From the NCBI GenBank assembly GCA_963664815.2, contig CAXXHB010000003.1:2752001-2816000 (forward strand): a stretch of 64,000 bases of DNA. The letters run 5' to 3'. The stretch is from Spirochaetota bacterium (lineage in GTDB: Bacteria > Spirochaetota > UBA4802 > UBA5550). The notes below the pieces were generated by a model. It saw only the letters and a program-made list of their open reading frames with translations, was not told where the DNA came from and searched no databases. The stretch's first letter is position 1. The number at the start of each line of letters is the position of its first letter. Positions 9,274 to 19,250 of the stretch are shown here, one piece after another. The translations under genes and the position numbers were made by a program.

Positions 9274-9461
9274 TTAATCATTTTACTTTTCAGGGCCTTA
9301 TCTTTTGGAACAGTATTCTGTTGTTTTTTTAATTTAGCTGTACCTTTATTCCAGAAATCAAGCTCTTCTGCAACAGACATATTTTTTATCTCATTATAAA
9401 TCATTTCCTGAGATTTTCTTTTCATCTCCACACAATCAAACTTTTTATTCTTCATAATCAA
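9270..9461 (-). CDS. Small putative antitoxin, partner of the PIN protein
   Basis: KKFDCVEMKRK...IYNEIKNMS..EEL pattern, overlapping the PIN gene end. Confidence 0.65.
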   Translation of the reverse strand: MIMKNKKFDCVEMKRKSQEMIYNEIKNMSVAEELDFWNKGTAKLKKQQNTVPKDKALKSKMIK

Positions 9462-9904
9462 TTACCTCCGCAGGGGAATTTATAAAAATATCTTTATAGC
9501 CATTTATCCGGTTAACTGTATTATATAAGGCTATTTTGTCATAGTGAACAATATGTTTAAAATTCCAGCTTACAATTATATCGCAATTTGATACAGTTGC
9601 TATTACAACATGAAGAGCCTCATCCATATATTTCCGGCTAACAATATTATTTATAAGATACTCATCTCTCAACGACAGGCAGTTGATGTCAACTTCAAGT
9701 ATTTCACAATACTGAAGCAATTCATTATATAAATTGATAACTGTCTCCGGAGCTTTTTCAATCTCACTGCTTACTAATACCAATGTACACGGAATAATTT
9801 ACACTCTTTATCTCATTAATCAATTTATCTGTTCGTTCCATGAATTCATCATCAAACATACCTCCTATTACCGAGGTATCAAGATAGATTCTTAGTTTTT
9901 TCAT
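9445..9904 (-). pseudogene. PIN-domain toxin, frameshifted at ~9800
   Basis: ATG 9904 MKKLRIYLDTSVIGGMFDDEF...; a one-base shift joins ...DEALHVVIATVSNCDIIVSWNFKHIV. Confidence 0.8.
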
Positions 9905-9954
9905 ATGCTACCTTTAATCTTCTTTTTGATGTTAAGACATTAAATTTATCCATC

Positions 9955-10057
9955 GTCTGAACCTTGATTCTCATGATTACAGGATTAGCAGGATTTGCCA
10001 GCCGGTACCGGAAACCGAATCATGAAAATCCTTTAATCCTTAAATCATGGTTCGGAC
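9955..10057. repeat. Long imperfect palindrome (GTCTGAACC...GATT/AATC...GGTTCGGAC)
   Basis: Terminal inverted repeats with internal GATT/AATC arms; left arm resembles the composite-repeat leader. Confidence 0.75.
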
Positions 10058-10194
10058 TTTTTCCAGCAGAAATTCAGGTGCCAGTACTGTTTACCTCATT
10101 GCGTACTCATAATCAGGAAGTAATTCAGGATGTTGTTTTTGTAAATGTTCATACCTCTCATCAGTTAATATGACATTACAACCAGACCCTGAAT

Positions 10195-10512
10195 CTACAT
10201 TATTTTTACACCCTCTTTCTTAACTATTCCTATAAGCGGCGAACCTGTATCATCTCTAAAACGTCTGCTACCTACTGCCACAGGTTCAATCCTTGGATCA
10301 ACTTTTACTGTATATATCCAGGGGCGTGATAAAATCGAATCATCATCCGTATCAAATATATCCGATACAAGCATTACGTCAATGTCACTATTGATGCTGT
10401 CTTCTCCGCGCGCGCAGCTCCCGTAAATATATACATGTTCAATGTTTAACCCTTTATCATTTAATACGTGAATATATTTTTTAACTACTGATTCAATTTC
10501 CGCTTTAACCAT
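10195..10512 (-). CDS. Minimal nucleotidyltransferase (MNT) antitoxin
   Basis: YIYGSCARG...SDIDVMLV motif. Confidence 0.85.
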   Translation of the reverse strand: MVKAEIESVVKKYIHVLNDKGLNIEHVYIYGSCARGEDSINSDIDVMLVSDIFDTDDDSILSRPWIYTVKVDPRIEPVAVGSRRFRDDTGSPLIGIVKKEGVKIM

Positions 10513-10868
10513 TCTATCTCCTCCGAAGTCCTTTTGTAATACTGCAATACTGGTGCCTGGTCTGGTATGCGACCTGCATTATCCGGGTATCTTCCTGTTA
10601 TCTGATATTTCATAAGAATAGCATAAAATGTCATCTGTTCTTCTGTAAGTTCTATGCCGCACAATTCACACAGGTAAAGAAGATTATGGGTCTTTGGAGC
10701 AAAATCATCTTTTGTTTTTACATATAAAGCTTTGAGAATTTTCTCCATGGCAAGATGGCAGAAGAATAGACCATGCAGAAACCTTTCTTTTTCAATAAGG
10801 ATTTGCGCGGTATAGAAATCTTCACCGGAACCATCGAGCCAGTATTTTACTTGAAGTTCTTTATTCAT
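10485..10868 (-). CDS. HEPN domain protein
   Basis: FFCHLAMEKILKA...PKTHNLLYL...RYP. Confidence 0.85.
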   Translation of the reverse strand: MNKELQVKYWLDGSGEDFYTAQILIEKERFLHGLFFCHLAMEKILKALYVKTKDDFAPKTHNLLYLCELCGIELTEEQMTFYAILMKYQITGRYPDNAGRIPDQAPVLQYYKRTSEEIEWLKRKLNQ

Positions 10869-10872
10869 GCTT

Positions 10873-11067
10873 TTACCTATAAAATATCAATGAACATCGT
10901 CCAATCTCCTGTTCTTTAAATGCCAGATAAGATTTTAATGCCTTTTCTGCACACTGCTGTGTATGATAAATCGCGATATCATATAGAGGTTTTGATGCGT
11001 TCATCAGGATTTCAGCTGAATCGAGATCATTCCCGGCTTTAAACAGCCATTCTTCATGTGGCTTCAT
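10873..11067 (-). pseudogene. Truncated HEPN domain protein
   Basis: WLFKAGNDL...YHTQQCAEKALKSYL, ends at 64 aa without the THDL...RYP half. Confidence 0.75.
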
Positions 11068-11383
11068 ATAATTTCACTCCGCGATTTATCACTTTGTGGG
11101 CAAGAGTTGACGGATGATCTTTTTTTGTTTTTATCTCTTCTTCTGTATAAACAAGTATATCAACAGCTACATTCAAATCAAGAAGCTCTCTCTGCCCGAT
11201 CCTGATCCGGTCAGCACTGCCGAGTTTGGAATTTTTTACCACTATGAAAATATCGTAATCACTATTCAACTCCGGTGTTCCCCATGCGTAAGAACCGAAT
11301 AGATAGATTGTCTCAGGATGATATATTTTCACAAGTCTTGCAGTAATTTCTTTTATAATAGATTCGCTGTCAGTCATATGCAC
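11054..11383 (-). CDS. Minimal nucleotidyltransferase (MNT)
   Basis: IYLFGSYAWG...SDYDIFIV...VDILVYT. Confidence 0.88.
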   Translation of the reverse strand: MHMTDSESIIKEITARLVKIYHPETIYLFGSYAWGTPELNSDYDIFIVVKNSKLGSADRIRIGQRELLDLNVAVDILVYTEEEIKTKKDHPSTLAHKVINRGVKLYEAT

Positions 11384-11602
11384 TCCATGAATATGTTATA
11401 CATTACAGATTTATATTTATTTCTCAACTTTTCTTTTCGCATTTTCAAGAAGATTTTTACTCTATTAACGCATGTTATTCTAATTCATTGCATCCTCAAG
11501 GCTTTCGGATTCCATAAGCTTTGAGTATTTAACATAAACCGACCCGATGGAGATTTACCGGAATCTTTCGTTGAAATTACCCCTGTCATTTTACCCGTAC
11601 CG

Positions 11603-12964
11603 TTAAGAAGAAAATACATGTTTAATAAAATCATTAAAATATTCAGCACAGTAATTCTTATCTTTTACAGACTTTTCAATATCAAATGGCCAGAGCATCA
11701 ATGGAATACCATTGATATCATTATACCTGAGGTATACAGGTTTACTAAATTTTTCATTTCCAGGATAAATTAAAATCATTCGTAATGCTATGTCTTGATC
11801 AGTAATTACTGATGACTCATATATCTTCGCGTAAGATAAAAGCTGGTACATGTCAGCCTGGGAAACGCCGTATTTATTTCTCCTGTCGCTGCCGTCAATG
11901 ATCTTCCATTTCGTATCCATAATATAAAATGTATTATCTGCAGAAGCAGTTATATCAGGTACTACCTGAAAAATCCCTTTTCCATTTTCCTCCGCAAGAT
12001 ACTTCTCACTGCTCTGCGCTTTAATACCATCAAACAGCCCGCTCTGCCGTAGAACAGAAGTAATATAGCTTTCAAAAACTTCATTCATGGGGAAGAGTAT
12101 GGCATTAACTCTGCCGTTCCCCTTCCAGTTGGTGAAACTCTCTCCCTGCAGAAAAACTCTACACCATTTAAACACCGTGTCATAATGTTTCATCAACCTG
12201 TTGTTCACGCACCTGCTGAAATCGCCTTTTATATCAGAAGATTCACTGACGTCATCGAATATGAACACCAGTTCGCGGAGCTTTTTTATATTGTCATTGT
12301 TACCCGATGTTTTAAGGAGAAGTGACAGAGTTGACTTAATGAGCCTGTTCTCAGGCCTGTCGCGGATAAAGTCATCGTACTCTATATAGAACCGTTCTTT
12401 ATGTACTATATTTTTCTTTATATGGTCATTGATGCGGAGCTTACCCTTTAAAATCTTCGAGTTCTCCTCCATTGTGATGTATCCTGACCTTATTCCCTGA
12501 CGCACAAGCTCATTCATCTCATTAATAAACAGGTGGATGAATATCTCCATGATATGCATTTTGTATGTTGCAATGTCAGATTCATTAAATTGTTTGAAAG
12601 GTGAATCCTTCACAGTACGGAGCATTCGAAGGAAGAGCCTGCGGGTATCAGGAACACTCTCCTCCTCTTCTCTTTTTTCTCTATGAATTTTGGGGAGTAT
12701 CTCAACAACAAGACCTGAATCTGTCTGGATTACACCAACATAATTTTTTACCTGAAGGCAGCGGCCAATACCTTTTTTATGTGTAAGAGAAAAAAAATCA
12801 CTCCCTTCACTAACCGAATTACCGGAATTGCGGAGAACGAAATCTTCCAGGTTATTGTAATCCTGCTTTTTTATGTAAAGCACACCATCATGCTCCTTCT
12901 CTGCAATTGAAGGAGCAATTACACCGTATTCACGGATTGTATGATTGTAAATTTTATGGTGCAT
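11603..12964 (-). CDS. mcrC: McrC-family restriction nuclease subunit
   Basis: NYVGVI, EILPKI, FPMNEVFESY, PDI...DTKWK, ADMYQLLSY motifs. Confidence 0.92.
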   Translation of the reverse strand: MHHKIYNHTIREYGVIAPSIAEKEHDGVLYIKKQDYNNLEDFVLRNSGNSVSEGSDFFSLTHKKGIGRCLQVKNYVGVIQTDSGLVVEILPKIHREKREEEESVPDTRRLFLRMLRTVKDSPFKQFNESDIATYKMHIMEIFIHLFINEMNELVRQGIRSGYITMEENSKILKGKLRINDHIKKNIVHKERFYIEYDDFIRDRPENRLIKSTLSLLLKTSGNNDNIKKLRELVFIFDDVSESSDIKGDFSRCVNNRLMKHYDTVFKWCRVFLQGESFTNWKGNGRVNAILFPMNEVFESYITSVLRQSGLFDGIKAQSSEKYLAEENGKGIFQVVPDITASADNTFYIMDTKWKIIDGSDRRNKYGVSQADMYQLLSYAKIYESSVITDQDIALRMILIYPGNEKFSKPVYLRYNDINGIPLMLWPFDIEKSVKDKNYCAEYFNDFIKHVFSS

Positions 12965-12969
12965 CTTAA

Positions 12970-13182
12970 TCAGTTAAATACCATAATCTCGCTTTCAACA
13001 ACTGAAGGAGGAACACTCTGATTATCCTTTTCCATCCCTTCAATATGAAATTTTATTGCTTCATAAATCAGTTCTTCTGTCTCTTCTTTTGTATCACCAA
13101 AAGCAACACATCCCGGGAGATCAGGCACATATGCGCTGTATCCATCCTTTGACTTTTCAAATAGTACAACATACTTTCTCAT
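12970..13182 (-). CDS. hicB: HicB antitoxin
   Basis: YSAYVPDLPGCVAFGDTKEE. Confidence 0.92.
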   Translation of the reverse strand: MRKYVVLFEKSKDGYSAYVPDLPGCVAFGDTKEETEELIYEAIKFHIEGMEKDNQSVPPSVVESEIMVFN

Positions 13183-13391
13183 AAATCGTCCTCGCTTATC
13201 TGCGCCTGTTTAATGATACTTTTTAAAGTTAATACCGGTACATCTTTTGACAGTTTGTGACAGGATATAGTTACAAGTCCCCTTTTTTCAGGATGTTTAT
13301 ACTGCCTGTGACTTCCGCTCTGCCTGTTAAGATACCAACCGTCTTTCTCGATAATCCGGATGATATCTGATACTTTGTAAGTTTTCATCAA
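13179..13391 (-). CDS. hicA: HicA toxin
   Basis: DGWYLNRQSGSHRQYKHP...TLKSIIKQA. Confidence 0.92.
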   Translation of the reverse strand: MMKTYKVSDIIRIIEKDGWYLNRQSGSHRQYKHPEKRGLVTISCHKLSKDVPVLTLKSIIKQAQISEDDL

Positions 13392-13482
13392 TCTTATCCT
13401 GTTAAATCATTATAGTTCACAGGAATTACTACCTGTGTATACTATAACGATTCAATTAACAAAAGATTAAAAAAAATCATGG

Positions 13483-16350
13483 TTATTTCAAATTCCCTGA
13501 ATATATTTTAATAAACGCCTCAACATCAATACTGCAACCATTTAATTCAGGATTGATCCTGTAGGTTACCCGGTCTTCGTAGTTTTCATGGTCAAAACCC
13601 AGTACAGCCTTTTCACTGAAGTTCCTGCTCTGGATGAACCTTGTTCTGTTTATATTATCCTCAAAGGATGCGGTATCTTTCTCCCCGCCATTCAACTGTT
13701 TATAATGATCACCCAGCACCATCTGTATCTTCTCCCAGTCTTCGTAAAAGTACTCCTGAAGAAGCGGGATTATTCTTGTAGAGAAGATTGAACATAATTC
13801 TTTATATTTTTTTTCATCATTAAGTTCATTGTTTTTAAGTTTTATAAAATAAGCATGACCGATTGTATGGTCGCGGTCATATAGGAACTCAATGCGTTCG
13901 TTTATCTTAGAGAGCATCAATCTAATGTTAATAGCAGAACCATTTCTCATAATAATCAAATCGGATTCATTTTGAATAGAAGGATTTGACTTAACTATGT
14001 TTTTATATTCTTCTTCTTTTTCTTTATCATCAACAGTATTTAACAACTCCGGTTCCGGCATCATCTCTACAAAAGTAAACCGGCGGCGAAGAGCCGTGTC
14101 CATGAGCGCTATGGAGCGGTCTGCAGTGTTCATTGTACCGATTATGTAGAGGTTTGAGGGTACGCCGAACTTCTCTTTTGAATACGGAAGTGTTACTGTA
14201 AGTTCGTTTTCTGCTCCAAGGCGTTTGTCATCTTCAATGAGAGTTATTAACTCTCCGAAGATTTTGGAGATGTTGCCGCGGTTTATTTCGTCGATGATGA
14301 GTACAAAGGGTTTGATTTCACCTGCTGATTCATCTGTTGAAATCAGACTTTTAATATTATTCATGTTTAAATCTTTTTTATAAAACTCATATATTGTCTG
14401 CTGCGAAAATAATTTATTATTCATGATCTGGTCAACAGGGATTATTGCATCCTTGTATAACCATTCAACATTTCGATAATGCTTAAAATCAATTGGTCTT
14501 GAATTATCAAAAAAATAATTACCTGTAACTTTACCTATAGCACTTACTTTATGATTACCTGATGAAATGATGACAATGTCATTAATCTTCATCCAGTTCT
14601 TAAAGCGATCAACTGCCTGTGTGGGGTATGTCCTGTCATCCTTTTCGTCAGAGTATAGCTTATCGATATCCGCTTTTGTATCGGCATTACTGAAATCTAT
14701 GCTTCTGCCATATCCCATCGCTATTACATTGTTATAAAAACAATATCTTGCAATATCATCACCATCATCCTGGCTGTTGCCAAGCGACATCTTAAAGAAA
14801 TTTATACTATTCTCATCGAAATCATATACTGCCGTTTTTGAAGTACTTCTGATTTTTGCTCTTGTGCAGATTGATTTAAATACACCATCATCCATGATAT
14901 ATTTTAACTTATCTGCCACTGAATCCGATAAATCCGGTTTTATCCCCTCAATAAATTCTTCATAAGAAAAAGACTGATGGAATGTTATAAAATCGATCTG
15001 ACCTGAGTCTTTCAGTTCATTATAACGCTTAACAACATCGTCTCTGACTTCACTGCACTGACCATCAATTATCTCAACAGCCTTATTGATCACATTATAT
15101 GTTTTACCTGTACCGGGAGGGCCATAGAGGATCGTGTTCAAAGAAAGTTTAGAATTCGCCTCTTTATTATTCATAGCATCCTCAATCTGTTCTTTTTTAT
15201 AATATGATGGTATGGGAAGTGTAACACCAAGTGTTTTACCTACATACTCAACAAAGTCTGCATCGTGATTCTCCCGCCCTTTATGAGGCTTAGCTGCTCG
15301 CTCGATAAACCTGAAGTGTGCCTGTTTTGTTATTTCATATATTTCAGGTACATCACTTATATCAAGATCGAGTGAATAATTATTTTCTCTGGGAGGTACA
15401 CTGGGAACTTCCCAGTTAGTTTTGTATTGATTTATTTTTTCCAGCGTATTTGCATCAAGTGCCGGTTTATCAAGCACCAGGGCGGAGGGTTCATTTTTTC
15501 TTATACATATACACCAGGGCTGACCTGTGTTTAAATAAAACCTGTCGCTTAATAATCGGACATTCCATCCCGCAGGAGCAGAATCATTTGCTTTGATTAT
15601 AGATTCAGAAAAACACTTCAGGATTTTCAAATGTAATTGTTTATCAGGTATTATTGAGTTTAGAATCTTTTCTATTTGGGAATTGGTCTTATTCTGTTTT
15701 CTGTTCCATGCATCATATGAAATCTCTTCAAAACTATTACCATTAAACTTATTTTTAACAAATTTCATCAATTCATAATATTTACGGTAATCAAGTTTAT
15801 CAAAGTCTTCCCCGGTGTATTCCTTCATTACACTGTCAAGGCTCAGGTATTTATCAGGCATTATCCAGAAGAGTCCGATTGTAATATTTATTCTTACACC
15901 TTTTATACTAAGTACACTGTTAAATGTATTTTCAGTAATACCTGAAATAACTGCTTCTCTGAATAACTGCCAGAGGAGTTTAATATCATTCTCACCGCGT
16001 TCATACTTATATGCAAAAAGCCATGACTTCTGGTTTGTCATTACAGGTATCCCATTGAAATCGGCTGGTACTTCAGAGTTGAGTTTAAAAATATTTTTCA
16101 GTTCCGCAAGGATCTGCTTCCGGTTATCATTAGTAATCCCGCGATTGAAACTTGAATAAAAAGTAAACGGATCGATCTCTCTGAGTTCCGATGTTTCATT
16201 CATTGACGGTTTATCCTGCATCGGTATCATGGGGATGCCAGTTGTTGTTATCTTTTTGATTATATCAAGGAGATCGCCCTGCCTGTTCTCGTAATCAATG
16301 AGTTTAAGAGAAAGCTCTTTATATATCGGTATCCATGTGAAGTTTGACAT
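13483..16350 (-). CDS. mcrB: McrB-family AAA+ GTPase with extended N-terminus and inserted domain
   Basis: GPPGTGKT, ITFHQSFSYEEF, IIDEINRGN, GTMNTADRS, ALRRRF. Confidence 0.93.
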   Translation of the reverse strand: MSNFTWIPIYKELSLKLIDYENRQGDLLDIIKKITTTGIPMIPMQDKPSMNETSELREIDPFTFYSSFNRGITNDNRKQILAELKNIFKLNSEVPADFNGIPVMTNQKSWLFAYKYERGENDIKLLWQLFREAVISGITENTFNSVLSIKGVRINITIGLFWIMPDKYLSLDSVMKEYTGEDFDKLDYRKYYELMKFVKNKFNGNSFEEISYDAWNRKQNKTNSQIEKILNSIIPDKQLHLKILKCFSESIIKANDSAPAGWNVRLLSDRFYLNTGQPWCICIRKNEPSALVLDKPALDANTLEKINQYKTNWEVPSVPPRENNYSLDLDISDVPEIYEITKQAHFRFIERAAKPHKGRENHDADFVEYVGKTLGVTLPIPSYYKKEQIEDAMNNKEANSKLSLNTILYGPPGTGKTYNVINKAVEIIDGQCSEVRDDVVKRYNELKDSGQIDFITFHQSFSYEEFIEGIKPDLSDSVADKLKYIMDDGVFKSICTRAKIRSTSKTAVYDFDENSINFFKMSLGNSQDDGDDIARYCFYNNVIAMGYGRSIDFSNADTKADIDKLYSDEKDDRTYPTQAVDRFKNWMKINDIVIISSGNHKVSAIGKVTGNYFFDNSRPIDFKHYRNVEWLYKDAIIPVDQIMNNKLFSQQTIYEFYKKDLNMNNIKSLISTDESAGEIKPFVLIIDEINRGNISKIFGELITLIEDDKRLGAENELTVTLPYSKEKFGVPSNLYIIGTMNTADRSIALMDTALRRRFTFVEMMPEPELLNTVDDKEKEEEYKNIVKSNPSIQNESDLIIMRNGSAINIRLMLSKINERIEFLYDRDHTIGHAYFIKLKNNELNDEKKYKELCSIFSTRIIPLLQEYFYEDWEKIQMVLGDHYKQLNGGEKDTASFEDNINRTRFIQSRNFSEKAVLGFDHENYEDRVTYRINPELNGCSIDVEAFIKIYSGNLK

Positions 16351-16368
16351 ATGTATTCCTAAAATTTA

Positions 16369-17412
16369 TTATAAATCAATATCGTAATGTTCTTTATACT
16401 TAATCTTCACTACATCTCTTAACTCATCACTAAACTTTCTGAAACCATCGGTATTATCTTCATATTCATAATGACGAAGATGAGTAAAATCGAAAGGTAC
16501 ATCATTCATATTTTGCGTCATATGAATGCATGGTTTACTGATCGCATGGGCAATACCTAATTCGTACATGACATTCGGATTACGACCTGTTACATCTGCT
16601 ATAATGAGGCCTGCCTGGTTTATTTGAGTCCAGATATCTTCAATTACAATTTGTCCTTTAAGATTATCTGCTCTTAAACATTGAAGATTCAGAGACTCCA
16701 CATTTTCCCTGATCAACTCCTTGTATACACGGTCAGACCAAGGCTGGGTAAACGGCATCAGAACAAAGCATATCATTTGGGTTATTTGAGGTACATCGGA
16801 TCTGAAATATAGATTATTGTTAGCTTGACTAACTGTTTTTACTACTGGATTTGACTTTTCTTTGACTGTTTTATTAGATGTATCATGATCATCTAAAAAC
16901 TTTTTAATTTTCTTTTCAATACCGTCAAATTGGTAATAAGTATTAAAAGAATTATAAACAGCTATTGATTCAAAAACATTTGGTTGATTATTCACATATT
17001 TAGACTGCTGAAAATATTCACCAAATACATTATTTATGAGATTTAAAAAAAGAGTTATTTCGGCTGGTTCAATCGATATGTCTTTTGATAATCCGGTAAT
17101 ATCAATGTCGTTTAAAGAATTATCAGCTAATAATTGATCTCGTATAGCAAATACGATTTTATCAACTTTCTCCAAAATATCAGAATTCGGATCAATCAAT
17201 AGTATACCAGGTATAGAAATTGATGTGAAATTACCAGCGCGCAGTGGATATGGAATTAATTCCGGATTAAAATCTTTTGATATCATATTCCAGAGTTTTG
17301 ATCTAATTATTCTATTATCTGCTCTTTCTCCGGCAAGCGAAAGTTCATATACAGTTTTTAACCACAATCCCTGGTCATGATCTAAATTATAATTTGATAA
17401 ATCTATCGGCAT
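16369..17412 (-). CDS. Protein with C-terminal nucleoside 2-deoxyribosyltransferase/TIR-like domain
   Basis: CFVLMPF...RAD...IADVTGRNPNVMYELGIAHA...VPFD. Confidence 0.75.
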   Translation of the reverse strand: MPIDLSNYNLDHDQGLWLKTVYELSLAGERADNRIIRSKLWNMISKDFNPELIPYPLRAGNFTSISIPGILLIDPNSDILEKVDKIVFAIRDQLLADNSLNDIDITGLSKDISIEPAEITLFLNLINNVFGEYFQQSKYVNNQPNVFESIAVYNSFNTYYQFDGIEKKIKKFLDDHDTSNKTVKEKSNPVVKTVSQANNNLYFRSDVPQITQMICFVLMPFTQPWSDRVYKELIRENVESLNLQCLRADNLKGQIVIEDIWTQINQAGLIIADVTGRNPNVMYELGIAHAISKPCIHMTQNMNDVPFDFTHLRHYEYEDNTDGFRKFSDELRDVVKIKYKEHYDIDL

Positions 17413-17413
17413 A

Positions 17414-19243
17414 TTATTTACTATCCTTTTTTTCTTTTAAAGCCGGTATCATATCTCGCCATATTTCCGGTGGTAACGGTGAATTATTTTTAATACACCC
17501 GAGAATTTTCACAGACAGAGGCAAGCCACTCATATCTTCCCACGGAAATTGTTTTCTCATTTTATCAATTAAATCAAAGATAGCTTCGTTTATTGAAACA
17601 TCTTCACCAGATATTTTATTGAAATTCAACGTTGATATAGCGATTCCATCTTTAACAGAATTTTTAATAACCCTATTACCCCAATCATCAGGAGGAACCC
17701 AACTTACTAAATCAATTTCGTCTACATCTGATAATTTCTTTCCATCACTACCAAGACCTTTTACAATTCTTGTATAATACCTGTTCATCAAATCACTTCG
17801 AACAGGCTCATCTAATGAAAAACATAATTCCATAATCATGAGCAACAAGTAAGAACTTCGATCTGAAAAATTGTATGGCCGCTCACCTGAAACTACATAT
17901 TCAATAAGAGCATCCATATTACTTCTAGATTCAACAAATGGTATGTCAACATTCTTGTCAAATCTTCGGACTAAAAGACGTGATTCTAATTCAGATAACC
18001 ATAGCTGTATCTCTTTGATATTTCCAGATTGATATAAAATAAACCAGATGAGAAACAATTCAACATGATGTAAATCGATCAGCGGTCTTAATGATGCAGG
18101 ATTAAGATGAAGACATTGTGTCAACCATTCTGATGATCTGTTTAAAACAGTTAAAATTAATTCTTTGTATTTTTTTTCATCACCAACCATAAATTCCATC
18201 GGTGCCATTGTAAAAATTCCGAGACGTCCAATATGCCAAAAAATCCTATAAGCATGATTTATAGCTGAAACCGAAAAAAAACTACCATCAGATGAAAAAC
18301 CATGCTGAGTTATATAAAGCTTATGATACTTAATGTGATACTTCTCTAATTCATTGATATAGAATTGCAGCCATATATTGATTACTTTATCTTCAAAAAT
18401 TTTATCAGATTGAATTGATTGCCATAATTCTAGCATTGCCCATTCAATAAGATCAATCCAACCTGCATATGATATCTGTTCGTCTTTTTTATATTTTAAG
18501 AGAATTATCAAAGTGACAGGTATTAAATTCACCTTACGATCATCAAGTTTACCACTTAAAGCAATTTTTAAAAAATTCTTCCAATTAGGAATTAGCTGAT
18601 TATTCCATTCTTCAGAACTAAAGTTGAAATCATTATATTGGGAACATATATATAAAAAAGTGCCGTAAAGATGTTGAGGCATAATTTCTGGTGTTAATAG
18701 ATGCCCTACAACTTCGTCAACAATTCTCGTTAAATTCCATCTTATAAATTTTAATTCAATCTGATCATTTATCTTTTTAGGTAAATTATTTATTAGCCTA
18801 TTAAATAACTCTATTCCATTTGAATCTTCATCTTTGTTATATGTTAAAATTACATTAACAGTTTTGACTTTTTCTAAATCCTGGATTTGCATATCCGGAG
18901 AAGCTGCCATTCGAATATCAGAATCAAAGTTATGAGCTGTCCAATTTTTGTTATTAAGCACCTCATCTTTTAATACGAAAATAAACAATTCATCTTCCGA
19001 TTGACTTAAAAATGACATATCAATCCCAAACTCTGCTTCAGTTTTTGTTTTTGCAGCAATGGAATCAGATTGTCTTATGAAAGGTAATCTGACAGGAGAA
19101 TATCCCTTTATAAGGCATATCTGGTAAATTAACCAATCAAAACCCATTTTGAGATCACTTTTTTCCAGGCGAGTCCTTTCCAATAAACTCCCAATATAAT
19201 TTATTAAAAAAGGTTTAAATGAAAGAAGCTCCATGAAATTCAC
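17414..19243 (-). CDS. Hypothetical protein with N-terminal PD-(D/E)XK-like nuclease motif
   Basis: YIGSLLER...EFGIDMSF...FIFVLK; the rest is helical and unrecognised. Confidence 0.55.
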   Translation of the reverse strand: MNFMELLSFKPFLINYIGSLLERTRLEKSDLKMGFDWLIYQICLIKGYSPVRLPFIRQSDSIAAKTKTEAEFGIDMSFLSQSEDELFIFVLKDEVLNNKNWTAHNFDSDIRMAASPDMQIQDLEKVKTVNVILTYNKDEDSNGIELFNRLINNLPKKINDQIELKFIRWNLTRIVDEVVGHLLTPEIMPQHLYGTFLYICSQYNDFNFSSEEWNNQLIPNWKNFLKIALSGKLDDRKVNLIPVTLIILLKYKKDEQISYAGWIDLIEWAMLELWQSIQSDKIFEDKVINIWLQFYINELEKYHIKYHKLYITQHGFSSDGSFFSVSAINHAYRIFWHIGRLGIFTMAPMEFMVGDEKKYKELILTVLNRSSEWLTQCLHLNPASLRPLIDLHHVELFLIWFILYQSGNIKEIQLWLSELESRLLVRRFDKNVDIPFVESRSNMDALIEYVVSGERPYNFSDRSSYLLLMIMELCFSLDEPVRSDLMNRYYTRIVKGLGSDGKKLSDVDEIDLVSWVPPDDWGNRVIKNSVKDGIAISTLNFNKISGEDVSINEAIFDLIDKMRKQFPWEDMSGLPLSVKILGCIKNNSPLPPEIWRDMIPALKEKKDSK

Positions 19244-19250
19244 CTATGAC

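Noticed and set aside
8973-9332. 119-aa plus-strand ORF, and other short antisense ORFs inside long genes
   Set aside because: Antisense shadows of better-supported genes or pseudogenes on the opposite strand
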